In this document: piece after piece, positions 12,210 to 24,400 of the stretch
How the letters are laid out: each line of letters starts with the position of its first letter
Position numbering within the stretch: the first letter of the stretch is position 1
Notes under the pieces: generated by a model
What the model was told of the DNA's origin: nothing
What the model saw: only the letters and a program-made list of their open reading frames with translations
Database searches by the model: none
Translations under genes and position numbers: made by a program
Assembly: GCA_002104905.1 (NCBI GenBank)
Contig: MCFE01000032.1
Coordinates: forward strand, 1 to 64,000
From: Basidiobolus meristosporus CBS 931.73
Lineage: Eukaryota > Fungi > Basidiobolomycota
Direction of reading: 5' to 3'
Length of the DNA stretch: 64,000 nt

Positions 12210-14270
12210 TCAGGGGAGATCCGATCTGATGAGCAGGTTTTCATAGAACTTAATGCCCTCGATCGTTTCATCGCGGCATATAAGCCCTCTGGCTTCCGTC
12301 ATCTGAAACGAAGCAATTAGAATGTGCATTACAACGTTGATCAAGCTCTCTACTCTACCAATAGCTGCTCGGTTATCAGGACGACTGGGACGCTTTCTAC
12401 CTCGGCAATATCGATAGCGCTGAGTGCTCCATTTGCCTTGATCAATTCGAATAGGTGCTGGGCAATGGCGTCATCACTCTGGCTAAGTGAGTTGTAAGTT
12501 AAGGGTGATCGGATACCGGGATGGATCAATCAAAGGGCTAGCATCAAAAGGATATGTGATTGCACCACCAGCAGCCCGCTACTGAACTTCCGTAGTCGCA
12601 TGGGAAGATTGAGCGAATCGAATAAGGAGGTCGCTTTGTGGACATCCTGCGGTGAGATCAGCGCTGAAGCAGCTTAGCAAGTATTCATTGAATTGCAGGG
12701 GAGCACCAGCATCAACCTACCATCACCCCGCGCACGATTGAATAAGCAGTACACGTCGGTCAGAGATATAGTGCCGCCTTCTTGTTCCAAAACTGGCCCC
12801 AGGAACTCTGCCAACTGCTTGGCCAATTCCTGATGATAAATAGCGCCTGCTTTGTCCCTGGCGAACGTTGAGGTTAGAGTAGGAACGCCCACGATCACTA
12901 CAGCATGGATGGCTCACTTGGTCACTGGGCTAGAGATACCCAAATTCAACAGGTAGGTTTTGAAGTTGGCAGTGGCCGCAGATGAGGTTTCATCTCCAGG
13001 GTCTTCTTTGCTTAGTTTGACCGTGATGGATTCCGCAATTTTGACCTGTGGCAGATTAGCAATTGCTGGGAATGGTGGCACAACCATAATTTTACCATAT
13101 CAGCCGCCTTCTGTATCAGCACGTCCAAATCGCTAAAGGCCTGGTTAAGCGCTTCATCAGTCTCCTTTGTATTCAGGTCAACGTTGCGCATGATTCCCGC
13201 TACACGTCGAAGCCATGTTGGTTAGAAGCTATAAACCTAAAGCCGGCTCATCGCTACTCACATATTCCCCCAAGACTCGGGTTGAAGTCGTTATCCTTCT
13301 TCCCTATCTCTGGTTCATTGACTCGCTTATGCCCGAGAATAAAATACATCAGCATGGGGCCTATAGGTTCCTCTACTCTAGTAATTACCTCCCACTGCTT
13401 CTGACTCAGGGCATTTTTCAGCTCAGCTGCAAAGTTGCTATGGCCACCACTTCGAAAGGACAACTTCACGTATGGAAGAATGTCAGGCGTGGACTGCCTC
13501 GTGTAGTTCTCTTCGACTAAAACGTAGTCGCTTGGTGTGGATTTATCGACGCTAGCAACTAGCTCAGTGTCGCACAATTCGCATCGGACCATGCATGAGT
13601 GATTTATAAAAGTACAAGCGGGACAAGTTAATCCATTTTGTTTGTCGGTACTATCAGTTGAACTGGCAGCGGAAGATTCGTTCACTGTTTTCTTTACTCC
13701 GCAAAGCTCACATTTCACCAAGTCCCCTGAGTTGGAGTGATTACAGATGTAGCATATCCATGGTGTAGAAGGTGCGAGGTTCGTAGGATCATTCGAGCTA
13801 CCACTCGCTGCTGTAGAGATCACGTCGTCGGATATGTAAAGAGTGACTTTCGGCGAAGAACTTTTCCAAAAACCAGCCTAAACAAAGCTTAGCTTGTCGC
13901 AACTTCAAAGTGGAGTCCCTCTACAAAAACCAGTTCACCTACGCTTGTTTTGAAGTCTGATATCAGCCCAAGTTTCAAACTCAAGGACTTATTCTGTGGA
14001 TCCGTATTGTCGACATACAAAATCCGGTGAGTGGTTAGGTATACCACGCCGTCATCATACTCCAGGCATCTTTTTTTCCTATATTTTGTGTTAATAGGGG
14101 AGGTGGGCAAGGGTAGGGGTTAAAACCAACGAGCCTAGATTATCACAAGGCCGCCAATATAAATACCCTTCGTAGAGTCCGACTGAGCTCTGCAAAACAT
14201 TCACCACCTCATCTTTGAGTAACTTTGGTCGAAGAGAGGGATTGAGTTCGAGTTTCTCAAACTGATTCAT
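12210..14270 (-). CDS. VPS36: ESCRT-II subunit Vps36 (GLUE domain split by two NZF zinc fingers, EAP30 winged-helix C-terminus), multi-exon
   Basis: N-terminal VLQSSVGLYEG and YLTTHRILYVD; NZF motifs WICYICNHSN...KCELCG and TCPACTFINH...RCELCD; VKLSFRSGG; YHQELAKQLAEFL...SLTDVYCLFNRARG; C-terminal LICRDETIEGIKFYENL, with the stop at 12210-12212. Confidence 0.93.
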
Positions 14271-14443
14271 GGGTTTAGAATGTTCAGTCCAATAAGGCAA
14301 CACTGTATTCTACAAGTATAACCATCCGACTGCCTAGTTATCGTGGCATTCAATTCCCTACTCTCAGGAACCAATTACGTCACAGCAATCCGCCTTGCCA
14401 ATGATGGGCTTTAATGTGAATTTTGGTTCAGTCCTTGGTGCAA

Positions 14444-14458
14444 GATGAGTGACTCATC
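14444..14458. promoter_or_regulatory. Perfect 15-bp palindrome GATGAGT-G-ACTCATC containing an AP-1/Gcn4-like TGACTCA, upstream of VPS36
   Basis: The palindrome is directly visible ~175 bp upstream of the VPS36 ATG. Any function is inference only. Confidence 0.25.
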
Positions 14459-14603
14459 AAAAGCGTAAAATAGTCTGGTTCAAGGTGAGCATATCCACCA
14501 CCAGCGCTCAGGATTGTTCGTCGTTTGCTGTCTACAATAACAAAACCTGCAGCTACCAGAGGGATGACCATCCAGAAGAGATATAACGGGTTTTATTCTT
14601 GGG

Positions 14604-16767
14604 CTAATAATGGGCCTTGAAAATGGGTTTGATGAGGGAGTTCAGGTAGGGCGGGACTGCGTTCATTGCGTTATTCCGCCTCACGATATCGAAATATGCC
14701 GAGTATGCATTGCCATCGAATCTCCCAAGGGGCGAATTGATGATATGATCAGAGTAATTGAACGAATCGACCAAAGGAACAGCGTCCCGTCGTATCGCCA
14801 GGCAGAGCCTATTGACCGTGCTGTCAATCAGCTCCAGGTGTTTTGCCTCGAAATACTCGCTGGCCAGGAATTGGCCCGAGTTTTGCTGTATGCTATGTAG
14901 CCCATAAAGCAGACATAGCTGCTCCAAGATCGGCTTCAACGAGATTGGCGCTTCGGAAATTGCAGCAAGGAAATTCTTGTATATATATGCAAAAGAATGC
15001 ATGCGTGCAGCATGTAGCCTTTCGACTGCGCAACACTCCATAGCTTGGTATTTGCTATTTCCAGCATTCACCGCGTTTTGGTACGATCTATACGCAGTTG
15101 CAATGGATCGGGTGGCGACAATACACCAAGCTTCCCCAATCTCCTCCAAGCTGATACTTGTCCGATCAATGCCCGAAAACCGGGCTTGAGTGAGCTTATC
15201 AGCGCCTTTCAGGTACCCTACGGTTTCTGAGACTTCTTTACCCCGGACTGCATCCTGATACGAGTTGATCAGGAAGCGACCAGCTTGTAAAGCCAGGATG
15301 GTGTTATCTCCTTCCCAGGTACACTGCACAGCAAAGTCTTGGTAGAGCGATGCTAAACCAGTATAAGCAGAGTATCCATGACCGCCACAGGCTTGACGAC
15401 AGCTTTCTATAACATTTAGGCAGCTCCAGGTACAAAATGCTTTAAGCCCGGCACTGGTTGCGTGCATTTCCTTCAGGGCGGCAGCTCCTTCCTTGCTATT
15501 CCCTCGATTTGCCAACTCAGTGGTCAATCTCGAATGCATCTTGTCAAGGACTATGCTGGTGAAATGGATAGCAAAAGTCTGTGCCAGGAGGGGCAGGAGT
15601 CTATTTTGATGAATCAAATAATCAAGTATCTTCGTCTCGGGACGGCCGGGCGCCTCCGAGAATTGACGTCGAATGACAGCATACCGAATAGCGATCGTGA
15701 GCGCTTTTTTAGCGAAGTTGGTGCTATCACGGACCATCCCAACCCTGCCATTGATCAATGCACCGTACGCTAACTGAGGCAATGGTGACCGTGCTACCTC
15801 TCCATTGTGAGTCACTTGTGTGTGCTTCATTAGCATGTTATCTCGGGGAATTCGAACGTTGTCAAATTGAATCCACCCATTGTCGATTCCATCGCGTCCC
15901 ATTTTCTTGCCAATATCACCGATAGATATACCAGGCAGAGGGATGTAGGTTGCAGGATCGCGTAATGGGACCACAAACGCGTGAACTCCATACCGTTTCT
16001 CTTGAACTATCAGCTGTGCATAGACAATTGAGTGGGTTGCAGTATGGGAGGCATTTCCAATCCACCATTTAGTGGCAGTGACGCTGGGTGTATTGATTAC
16101 GAACTCGTCTTTACCTTGGTCATAGGTGGCAGTAGTCTCAAGTCCTGCCAGATTCGAGCCGTGCCCAAGTTCGGTTATCGAAAAGCAGCCTATGAAGCTT
16201 TTCATGTCCAGAGCTCCCTCTCTGGCCCAGCGTTGAATTTGCTCAGGAGTTGATTGCCCTTTGAGCCCCTCAAGGAATATCCCAAAATGAAGGCCAAAAC
16301 GAGTACTAAACCCTGGATCTAGCAGACCCATCAAAATCTTGCGTGTCTGGACTTCCACGGGACTATATATAGCCAAGTTTGCAACAAACCTCTTGACCTT
16401 CGCAAAAGTTCTCTCGCGAATTTCGGGTAAGCTAAGAGTATGTTGATCCTCCATATTCCATAGTGGATCTTGTTCCAGCTCGGACATGATTTTCTCATTC
16501 AACTTAATATTGGAGCATAAGTAAGGGAGCAAATAGGATTCGATTTACAGAAAAGGAGATCGGCTCACTTTCGTTTGTTCTTCACCACCATCTAGAAAAT
16601 AGGTCAATTCACGAACATTGAACGAAGGGTGGCCTCTCTCTTCGGTAATACTTCCTGTGGGTCTATTGCAATGCTAATGAGAACAGGCTCTCGGAAGATG
16701 TTTACAGTCAAGTAATTTACTGATACATAGAATATCTAGACAAAGGCTGAGTGTTCATGGGAGTCAT
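14604..16767 (-). CDS. POX1: Peroxisomal acyl-CoA oxidase (first exon and start tentative)
   Basis: 642-aa ORF with GCFSITELGHGSN, TKWWIG, GIDNGWIQF, CRQACGGHGYS and CTWEGDN. An upstream exon at ~16565-16655 reads EERGHPSFNVRELTYFLDGGEEQTK. Confidence 0.95.
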
Positions 16768-17110
16768 GTTTCCACCCCAGTAGCACCTGTAAAATATGGA
16801 TTTAACCTAACGCAACCATATCAAACCCAATCCTTATTATATAATTCTTTTGAATGCTAGAATACACGTGTTCATAGTGAACCAGGCAAATCCTTTCGTT
16901 GCAAACCAACTTATTTGGAGCATAAAATAGAATCTTAGCCACTAGCCAGCCTTCACCACAACTGATTGAGAAGTTACAGTCTCAATATAGTTGCTGAAAC
17001 ATTGTCAACTATTACTGGTGTTTTATTTGATTTGATAACAAGATTTACAAGCTAGCGATGTTGATAAGCCTGAGGTAGTTAAATGAATAGGCATGATGCT
17101 TGGTTCAAAA

Positions 17111-19784
17111 CTAATTCGAATTCTCCTTCAACCACTTTTCAACATCTTCGCGGCTGCGATTCAACCAAGCAGCGTTGGCACGAAGCTTCTCAAGAGATTG
17201 CTGCAGAGGGCGGTCGATGTCCTTGGTGTTCTTGTCTTTGAAGAATTCCTCGACTTCCTTAGCCTTGGCGTCTTCGGCGAAGTCGCCAGTAGAGTACTTG
17301 ACGATATTTCCGAGGGTTGCCATGCTGCCAGCATAACGATCGCAAAGAATATCCCAGTGGTCAGAGACGAACTTCCACAGTGGCTCACGGCCGATCGGAT
17401 TGCTGCCAATAGAGCTGATAATGTAAATAATATCTTGGGGACGAACACTATCGCTGATAGCGAAGTCCAAAGAGCGCTGGATAAGTTCTGGTTGGGAGGT
17501 AGAACCCAAGGCAGCAAGAGCAAATAACTTCTGGTCAGCGGTGGTTGTTTCTTCGTAGATCTTAAGGACGGCTTCATACTCCTGCTGACCACCATTCTTG
17601 ACTACGATGTCATACACAGTGCTACGTAGGTTAGGATGAATAGCAGACTCGTCGCCACCAATGAACTTTTCAAAGCGTTGTTGTGCTTCAGCAATGATTT
17701 CTTTGTCTTCAGCCTTTCCAGCCATGGCGATGGCCAAATTACGGAGCAAAGAGGAAAGATAATCCTCCTTTTCGGGGATCTCCCAACCCAATCTCTTGGC
17801 TTGCTTGGCAAAGATGTTGCGCTGAATAGTCAAGATGCTATTGACGATTTCTTCTGGCTCTTGATACCAAACGGAAACCAACGTACGAATGCGTCCAGCG
17901 ATTTCGCTCAACACAGTGTAGTCATCTTCATTCTCAAAGTGCTTGAGTAGGCTGAGCAAGTCTGATGTTTTGCTGAATCCGGAATAAGCCAAGGCAGCGG
18001 TATCAGCGACAATACCAATTCGGTCACTTGCGGTAAGCCCTTGCTTTTGTTGGACGGCTTCCCCGAGTTTCTCGAGTGCCTCGGTGGGGTAGTGAACACG
18101 GTAAACACCGGTTTGTTGAGAATTCAACTTGTAGAAGCCATTCTTGGGGATATCGAAAGAGGCTTCTTTATCGGTTAAAATGTCGTCACTGCTCTTTTCA
18201 ACATTCGAGGCGTCGGTAATGCTGAGAGGTACCCACCACAATTGAGTGTCATCAGCAGGGGTCACATCTCCGCTAGAGAGATAACGAGACTGACGGATGT
18301 TTAATTTTCCGTCTGCCTCAGTGACGGTGAGTACAGGGTATCCAACTTGCTTGGTCCACAAGGTCATGAACTTGCCAACATCATGGCCGGACTCTTCACT
18401 AAGAGAGTTCCAAAGATCCTGGGTGCTAGCATTACCGTATTCGTGCTTTTTAAGATAGGCACGAACTCCTCTCAAGAAGACATCCTCACCGAGGAAGGAG
18501 CTCAGCATTCTGATGACACTGGCACCTTTAGAGTAACTAATGGCATCGAAGATTTGATGAATCTCAGCTGGATCACGAACATCTACCTCAATGGGATGTG
18601 AGCTTCTAAGAGCATCAAGTTGAAGACCACGTTGAAGATCGTCCACAACAAATTGTGTCCAAACATTCCAATCGGGGAAGAGCTTGTTTACGGCTAATGA
18701 GGCAACCCATGTGGCAAAGCCTTCGTTGAGCCAGAGATGGTTCCACCACTCCATGGTGACAAGGTTTCCGAACCATTGATGGGCCAATTCGTGTGCAACA
18801 ACATTGGCGATTCTCAACTTGATTCTAGCAGAACTGGTCTTCTCGTCAAACAACAGAAGAACAGTACGGAATGTAACCAGGCCCCAGTTTTCCATGGCAC
18901 CGGCCTCGAAATCAGGAATGGCGATAAGATCCAACTTGGGTAGAGGGTATGGGGAGCCAAATGCCTCAGAGAAGTACTCCAAAGTTTTGGTGGCAACGTC
19001 AAGAGCAAAATGACCTTGAGATGATTGTCCCTTGAGGGTGTATATACGGCAGACAACAGGCTTGCCATTGTTAATGCCGGATGTTGAGGCCTCAATGTAC
19101 TCCAAGTCGCCAACGACGAAAGCGACCAGATAGGTGGACATGATAGGGGTGGTTGAGAATTTCACCTCCTTCAAGCCGCCGACCTTCGACTCTGAGATAA
19201 CATCAGTGTTAGAAAGAGCGGTGAGCTCTTCAGGAACACGAAGAGTAATATCGAAGGTAGCTTTAAGAGCAGGCTCGTCCCAACAAGGGAAGGCCTTTCT
19301 TGCGTCTGTAGCTTCAAACTGGGTAACAGCCATGTATTTCTTGTTACCGTCCTTATCATTATAAGAACTTCTGTAGAAGCCAGACATCTTGTCGTTCAAG
19401 ATACCACTGAATTTCAAGCTGAGAAGTGCCTGGCTCCCAGCAGGGACCTCTTGAGGGAAAGTCAAGGTCACGGTCTCGAGCTTCTCATCATAAGAGATAT
19501 CAGTTGAAACGTTGTTCTGCTCAGTCTTGGAGACTTCGCTGTTCAAGTAGGCGCTGTGCACCTTGATTTCTTTAGCATGTAGGGTAATTTTGGAGGTATT
19601 TTCATTGATAGTAAGACTAGAAAGGTTCTGGTTAGTATGGGGCAGAGAAGAATCAATGGTGTATCTCATACGTGGTATCAACGGAACCCTCGAAAGTAAA
19701 CTTCTCGAGGTCTGGAGTTAAGGAAACAACATAGTGAGAAGGCTTCACGTTGGTTGGCAATATGATTCTATCAGCAGTTGCCAT
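17111..19784 (-). CDS. APE2: M1 family puromycin-sensitive/alanyl aminopeptidase (Ape2-like), 2 exons
   Basis: Exon 1 MATADRIILPTNVKPSHY...; TQFEATDARKAFPCWDEP, GAMENWGL, the HELAHQWFGN-x-WLNEGFA zinc motif, and YSKGASVIRML. Confidence 0.96.
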
Positions 19785-20299
19785 GTCGGGAACACTAACT
19801 GGAGATTCAAGATTCTCTTCTGCAAGTCGTAAGGTTAAGATTGAGCAAAGAAGTGGTAAAAATAACAGCCAGAATAATGAAACCAAAGGGCTCTTCTGGT
19901 TTGAACGTGGATAGGATTGAGCCAACTCTGGCATGCTTATATGAAAATCAGTGCCAATCCAACACGCAATATTTTTCCAGAGTACCGAGTTAAGATTTTT
20001 ATTACAGCTCCAGCTTTCCCTTGGAAGGACCCCTGTTGGAAACAATTCATGCCAAAGGCATTGCGTTGATTATTTTGCTGATTACGAAATCCACAGCCTG
20101 ACCACTTCCACACCAGCCCTCGCTGGTCCAATATGGCCAATCACATGGCCATCCCGTATCAAACGGACAGTGACGCAATATAATTTGGGTGAATCAGGTG
20201 AAGCTCAAGATGAGCATTAACGAAAATGTTGTCGCATCGTCATTCGATTATAGATTGTATTGAGATCTATACAGATGTGGCGATCCTGTGGCTTAGTAG

Positions 20300-21299
20300 T
20301 CACACACATATATTCACACGCTGCAAACCAGTAATGTTTGACAGACTCAAACTCACCCAAAGGCCGAGGTGAGAGGCGGGATACTCATCAGGCACTGATA
20401 CCAGCGATGGTGCTACTGGGAGCAAGTCGGAAGCCACTCCAAGCAATCGCAGCAGGAATCTGAGCCCCAGCACCAAGAGCAGTTTCCTGCCAGCATGTCG
20501 CTTTGGCCGTCTGATAGGCTTAGAGATTGCTAGGGAGTCTTCACCCAAAGTACCCGCCAATGCTTGGTGCACATGTGATATTTTACGAATAGTCAACAGT
20601 CTGGATTCGATGACAGGGGATGCACTGTAGCTACATATTGGCGGGAAATTTCGACATCACCAAGTTGTGCCACTTGGTACAAAATACAAATAGGAATCCC
20701 AATTCTCATCAGGCATTACTAGAGGTACAGGGTTGCTGTACCAGCCATGGAAGACCTCGCTTCCCCAATACTTGAGACACAGTGATGTTGCTGTAATGGT
20801 GCACTTGCAAGGTGATTCCGTCGAAGCATTGACACAATCCCAATTTGGTGTAACTTTGCGAGTTATAGAATTGTGATGGCGTAATCGTTCTTGACACGGG
20901 AAGTATTTTAGGAAATGATAGTGTTTCCTGTGACTGGAGGAAAGAGTCCCCAATCCAAAAAGCAAGCAGGGTGTTAGCAGGCTATGTGGGCATGTTGTAC
21001 CAACAAGGGTTCACCAAATGGATGGGGAATAACGTCGATGACATTGTTCCGGTGGAGTGAGGTATAAGCACTCTCCGACGTGTACTGTCCCAGTGGCTTT
21101 TATTGACATAAATGTCTTTTGTGTGGCATGGCATGATGAAGTGCTGCTTTTCGTTATGCGTTTTTAGTTGCCAGAATCTACATCCAATGTAACTATCGCT
21201 CATGACATGATGAGCCTCTGTGTACCTCATTTTCCTGGATATTGCGTCTAACTTCGCTTGGCGCAGTAGACCATGGTTAAGGTAGGCATCCAATATCAC
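20300..21299 (-). CDS. Probable multi-exon hypothetical gene divergent from CTC1; exon structure unresolved
   Basis: Several ~100-aa minus-strand ORFs with plausible GT/AG sites fill a 1-kb gene-sized gap. I recognise no domain and could not build a fully consistent splice model. Confidence 0.3.
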
Positions 21300-21315
21300 G
21301 TGATTCGATTCGCGA
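21295..21315. promoter_or_regulatory. Palindromic ATCACGTGAT (E-box/Cbf1-like) next to TCGCGA, upstream of CTC1
   Basis: The motifs are visible ~120-140 bp upstream of the CTC1 ATG. A regulatory role is inference. Confidence 0.25.
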
Positions 21316-21436
21316 TCACATTGGATTCCATAAATCCTTGATAGGGAGAATCAGTTGGTTCGGTGATAGTATTTGTTTTCCTCAGATTAAAATGTAAAGC
21401 CAAATCAAGCTTCTACCCCTTGAAGTAAACAACACT

Positions 21437-24400
21437 ATGGGCCCTTTCAAGGTTATCCAAGTCAACGACTTGATAACTTTTAGAGGAAATAAACGTCCCT
21501 TGGATTCCAGCGAATCAAAATTTCCCTTCTATCCAGTGCTCTTTGGTATTGTATCCCTTGACACCCACAATGTATCCCCGTACTGTAAAACGTTGGTTTT
21601 CCAGGATAGCTCAGGAACAGTTCGTTGTTATTGTCCAACGTACGACGAAACATGGTTGCAACGCAAAGTGTGTCTTTACTCTTGGAATATAGTCCCATTA
21701 TCCCACGATATGGACCGCAAGAGGGATCCACTATCCATAGCCTTAGAGCTGTTGGAATCGCCAATAGCAATTGACACTGATCGGTTTTTGCAATTCGCCT
21801 CACGACCATTCTCCCTAAACGAACTTAGACAGCTTCAGGTACCGGAGCTCCCAGTTCACTTCGACCCACTTCTGTTAAGCGACTGTAAGGCTGTTACCGT
21901 CTTACAATTACATCAGCAATTCTCGTCAAACGTCAGCCCTACACCCCTTGATATAGAGAACGCGCGCAATATATTTCTATACGCACGGGTGAAAAGCAAA
22001 AGTGTATTGCATCGTAAGAAACACTCGACAACTTGTTTTTTCTTGGAGCTTGAAGAGGCGGCGGTGCATAATTTCCCGGGCTCAACTGTGCATCTAGTGT
22101 TCAAAGGTCCGTATGTAATTGGCCAATTCTATCGCATGGAAGTCAACGAAGTATATCTCTTCGCAAATCTCAAGGTGCAAACCATTTTCTCCAGAAAGCC
22201 GTACGCGAGAAAAGTGTTGGCGTTCGACAACCAGGCCACCAAGGTTCTGCATGCGACCCACCCATTAGTGGGGACGTACTTGAAAAAATACTCGAGCCAA
22301 TCTCCAGACAGGCACCGACCTGGCCAAGACCCTGCCCTAATAGATCCGCATTACACATGGACTCATGTGCCACCCGAGAAGTCGTCGATTATTAGAGGGG
22401 CGGTGATCACATACACAGGGCAGATTAGTCAAGTGATTGACATGGTGTTGGGGATCTTTGTTCTAGATGAGAAGTATTTATTGTACTTGAGCCACGACCC
22501 TTCCTTCGCTCCATTCAGCGGACTACGGATTGGCACTGCGATTCGATTGTTCAACGTCCACATCTTGGTATTCAACAAGGCTAGCGAAACCTGCCAGGTG
22601 TATTTCAAGCGATTCTTATCCGCCCCACCAAACTACGCCATATTTGTGGCCTGCACATACAGCACCGTCAATATCGTAACGTTTTCAGAGAAGGAGGTGG
22701 TAGCCAGGCTACCAAAGTTTGGAAGTAAATTCGCGCCGCCTCGCAGTCGAACCCGATTCAACACCATAGATCTGATCCATTACCAAACGCTTTACTATCG
22801 AATGAAAGACAAATTTCCTGGTGCGTTCGAGGACGCCCATCTCTTGGGGCCAGTGGACAGTGGGGACCATCATCAGTCGGGATCGGATCCCAATAGTTCA
22901 CTCCTGGTGCTACTCCTATCCAGGTTGGGCTACACACCGTATACTCGTGATTTGTACCGGGAGTTCTTTGAGCACCACCAGCATTGCTCTACATGTGTTG
23001 AGCGCTATCCAACCTTTTCGTTCCCAATGCTAAAGGAGGTCCTCGAGAAGGTTGGCCAATGCAATGGAGATGGCGCTCTAGGGGTGGAAGGGGTCGCCAT
23101 CGAAAACAAGGTCTCAATACGCATACTCCGCAATACTGACGAGGCCTTGAACAAAACCAGTCTTCTGGGGGTTCTTCAAGGTGCACCAAATGGGGAGCTT
23201 CAGTTGAGCGATCTCAGTGGAGAGGTGTACGCCACCATGCTGACTGACAAGGAGGGGAGAAGCGAAGAGCTACGCCCGGAATTCCTGAACAACGTCTGGG
23301 TGATACCCGAGTATGAAGTCGTCATTGAAAACCTGGGGATTAACCTGGCTCACGCTGAAGAAAGACTGGCGAGAACCTACGTGCGTTTTGACATCAGTCA
23401 TGCATTTTGCATCAGCAAACATGGTTTAGAGAAACCATTGATTGGGCCGTTTCCAGACGAGCAGCAACGTCACTACCTCTTTAGAGTAAAGCATATCTTT
23501 CCGGTTAAGATAAGCTTTGGTGTTAACAACGAGGCGGAGCTGAGTACCCTAGTCGAAGGTACTGGGCAAGAAATTCAACCGGATGCTGTGCCTTCTAGAC
23601 ATCTAGACGCAGCGGCTACTGCCAGACCAATGTTCTTGAGGTTCACTAGTGATTCTATGAACCTGTTCCCGGGCCTTCAGATAGAACAAATGTATTTGTG
23701 CCGGAACATCATACCCTTTATAGAGCCGGGCGCTGCTGACGAAAACCCTGACAAAGTGGAGCCATCTAAACCGCGGCGCGTCTCACGATCACATCCAACC
23801 AAATTTAACGCTTTTTTGGTAAAGGCGTTTTCGAGAATAGAACGAGTTACCATACCCACCGAGGCTTCCAAGGCTGGGCCGGATCAGCAAGCTGCCTCAG
23901 CACCCGAGCACATGGATCCAAACAAGGACACCTTGGACCCATCCGCGGAGCCAATCATGGAGGTGAGCGAGATATATGCGTTGTTCGAAGATAGCTCAGC
24001 GCAGGAAGGGGTCAACCAAGGGCTGAGAGAAGCAGGGAAAGCAGGAAAGATGATCTCATTTCGAGGAAAGGTACTGAAGAAAGAAGTCAAGCCTAGTAAA
24101 GCGCGAAGTTTCTACACCAACGAATGGCATCTTTTCGCCTTTCAAAACTTCGGCATTGGTACAGGAAAAGGTAAGCAAACGCTGCTTCTGAAGATCCAAG
24201 ATCTGGCGAATACAACCGCCGTGGATCTGTACCTGGACTTGGACAAGTTTGTGTTTCCCTTGGGGGCCATACCAGGACAAATCATCACCGTGCGTAAAGC
24301 GGCCCTAAAGTGCTCTGAAAGTGGGAATGTGTATACAATCTTTACACCCAGCACATATATCTCCACTGGCACTCAGCGACCCATCCCGACATCGATGCTG

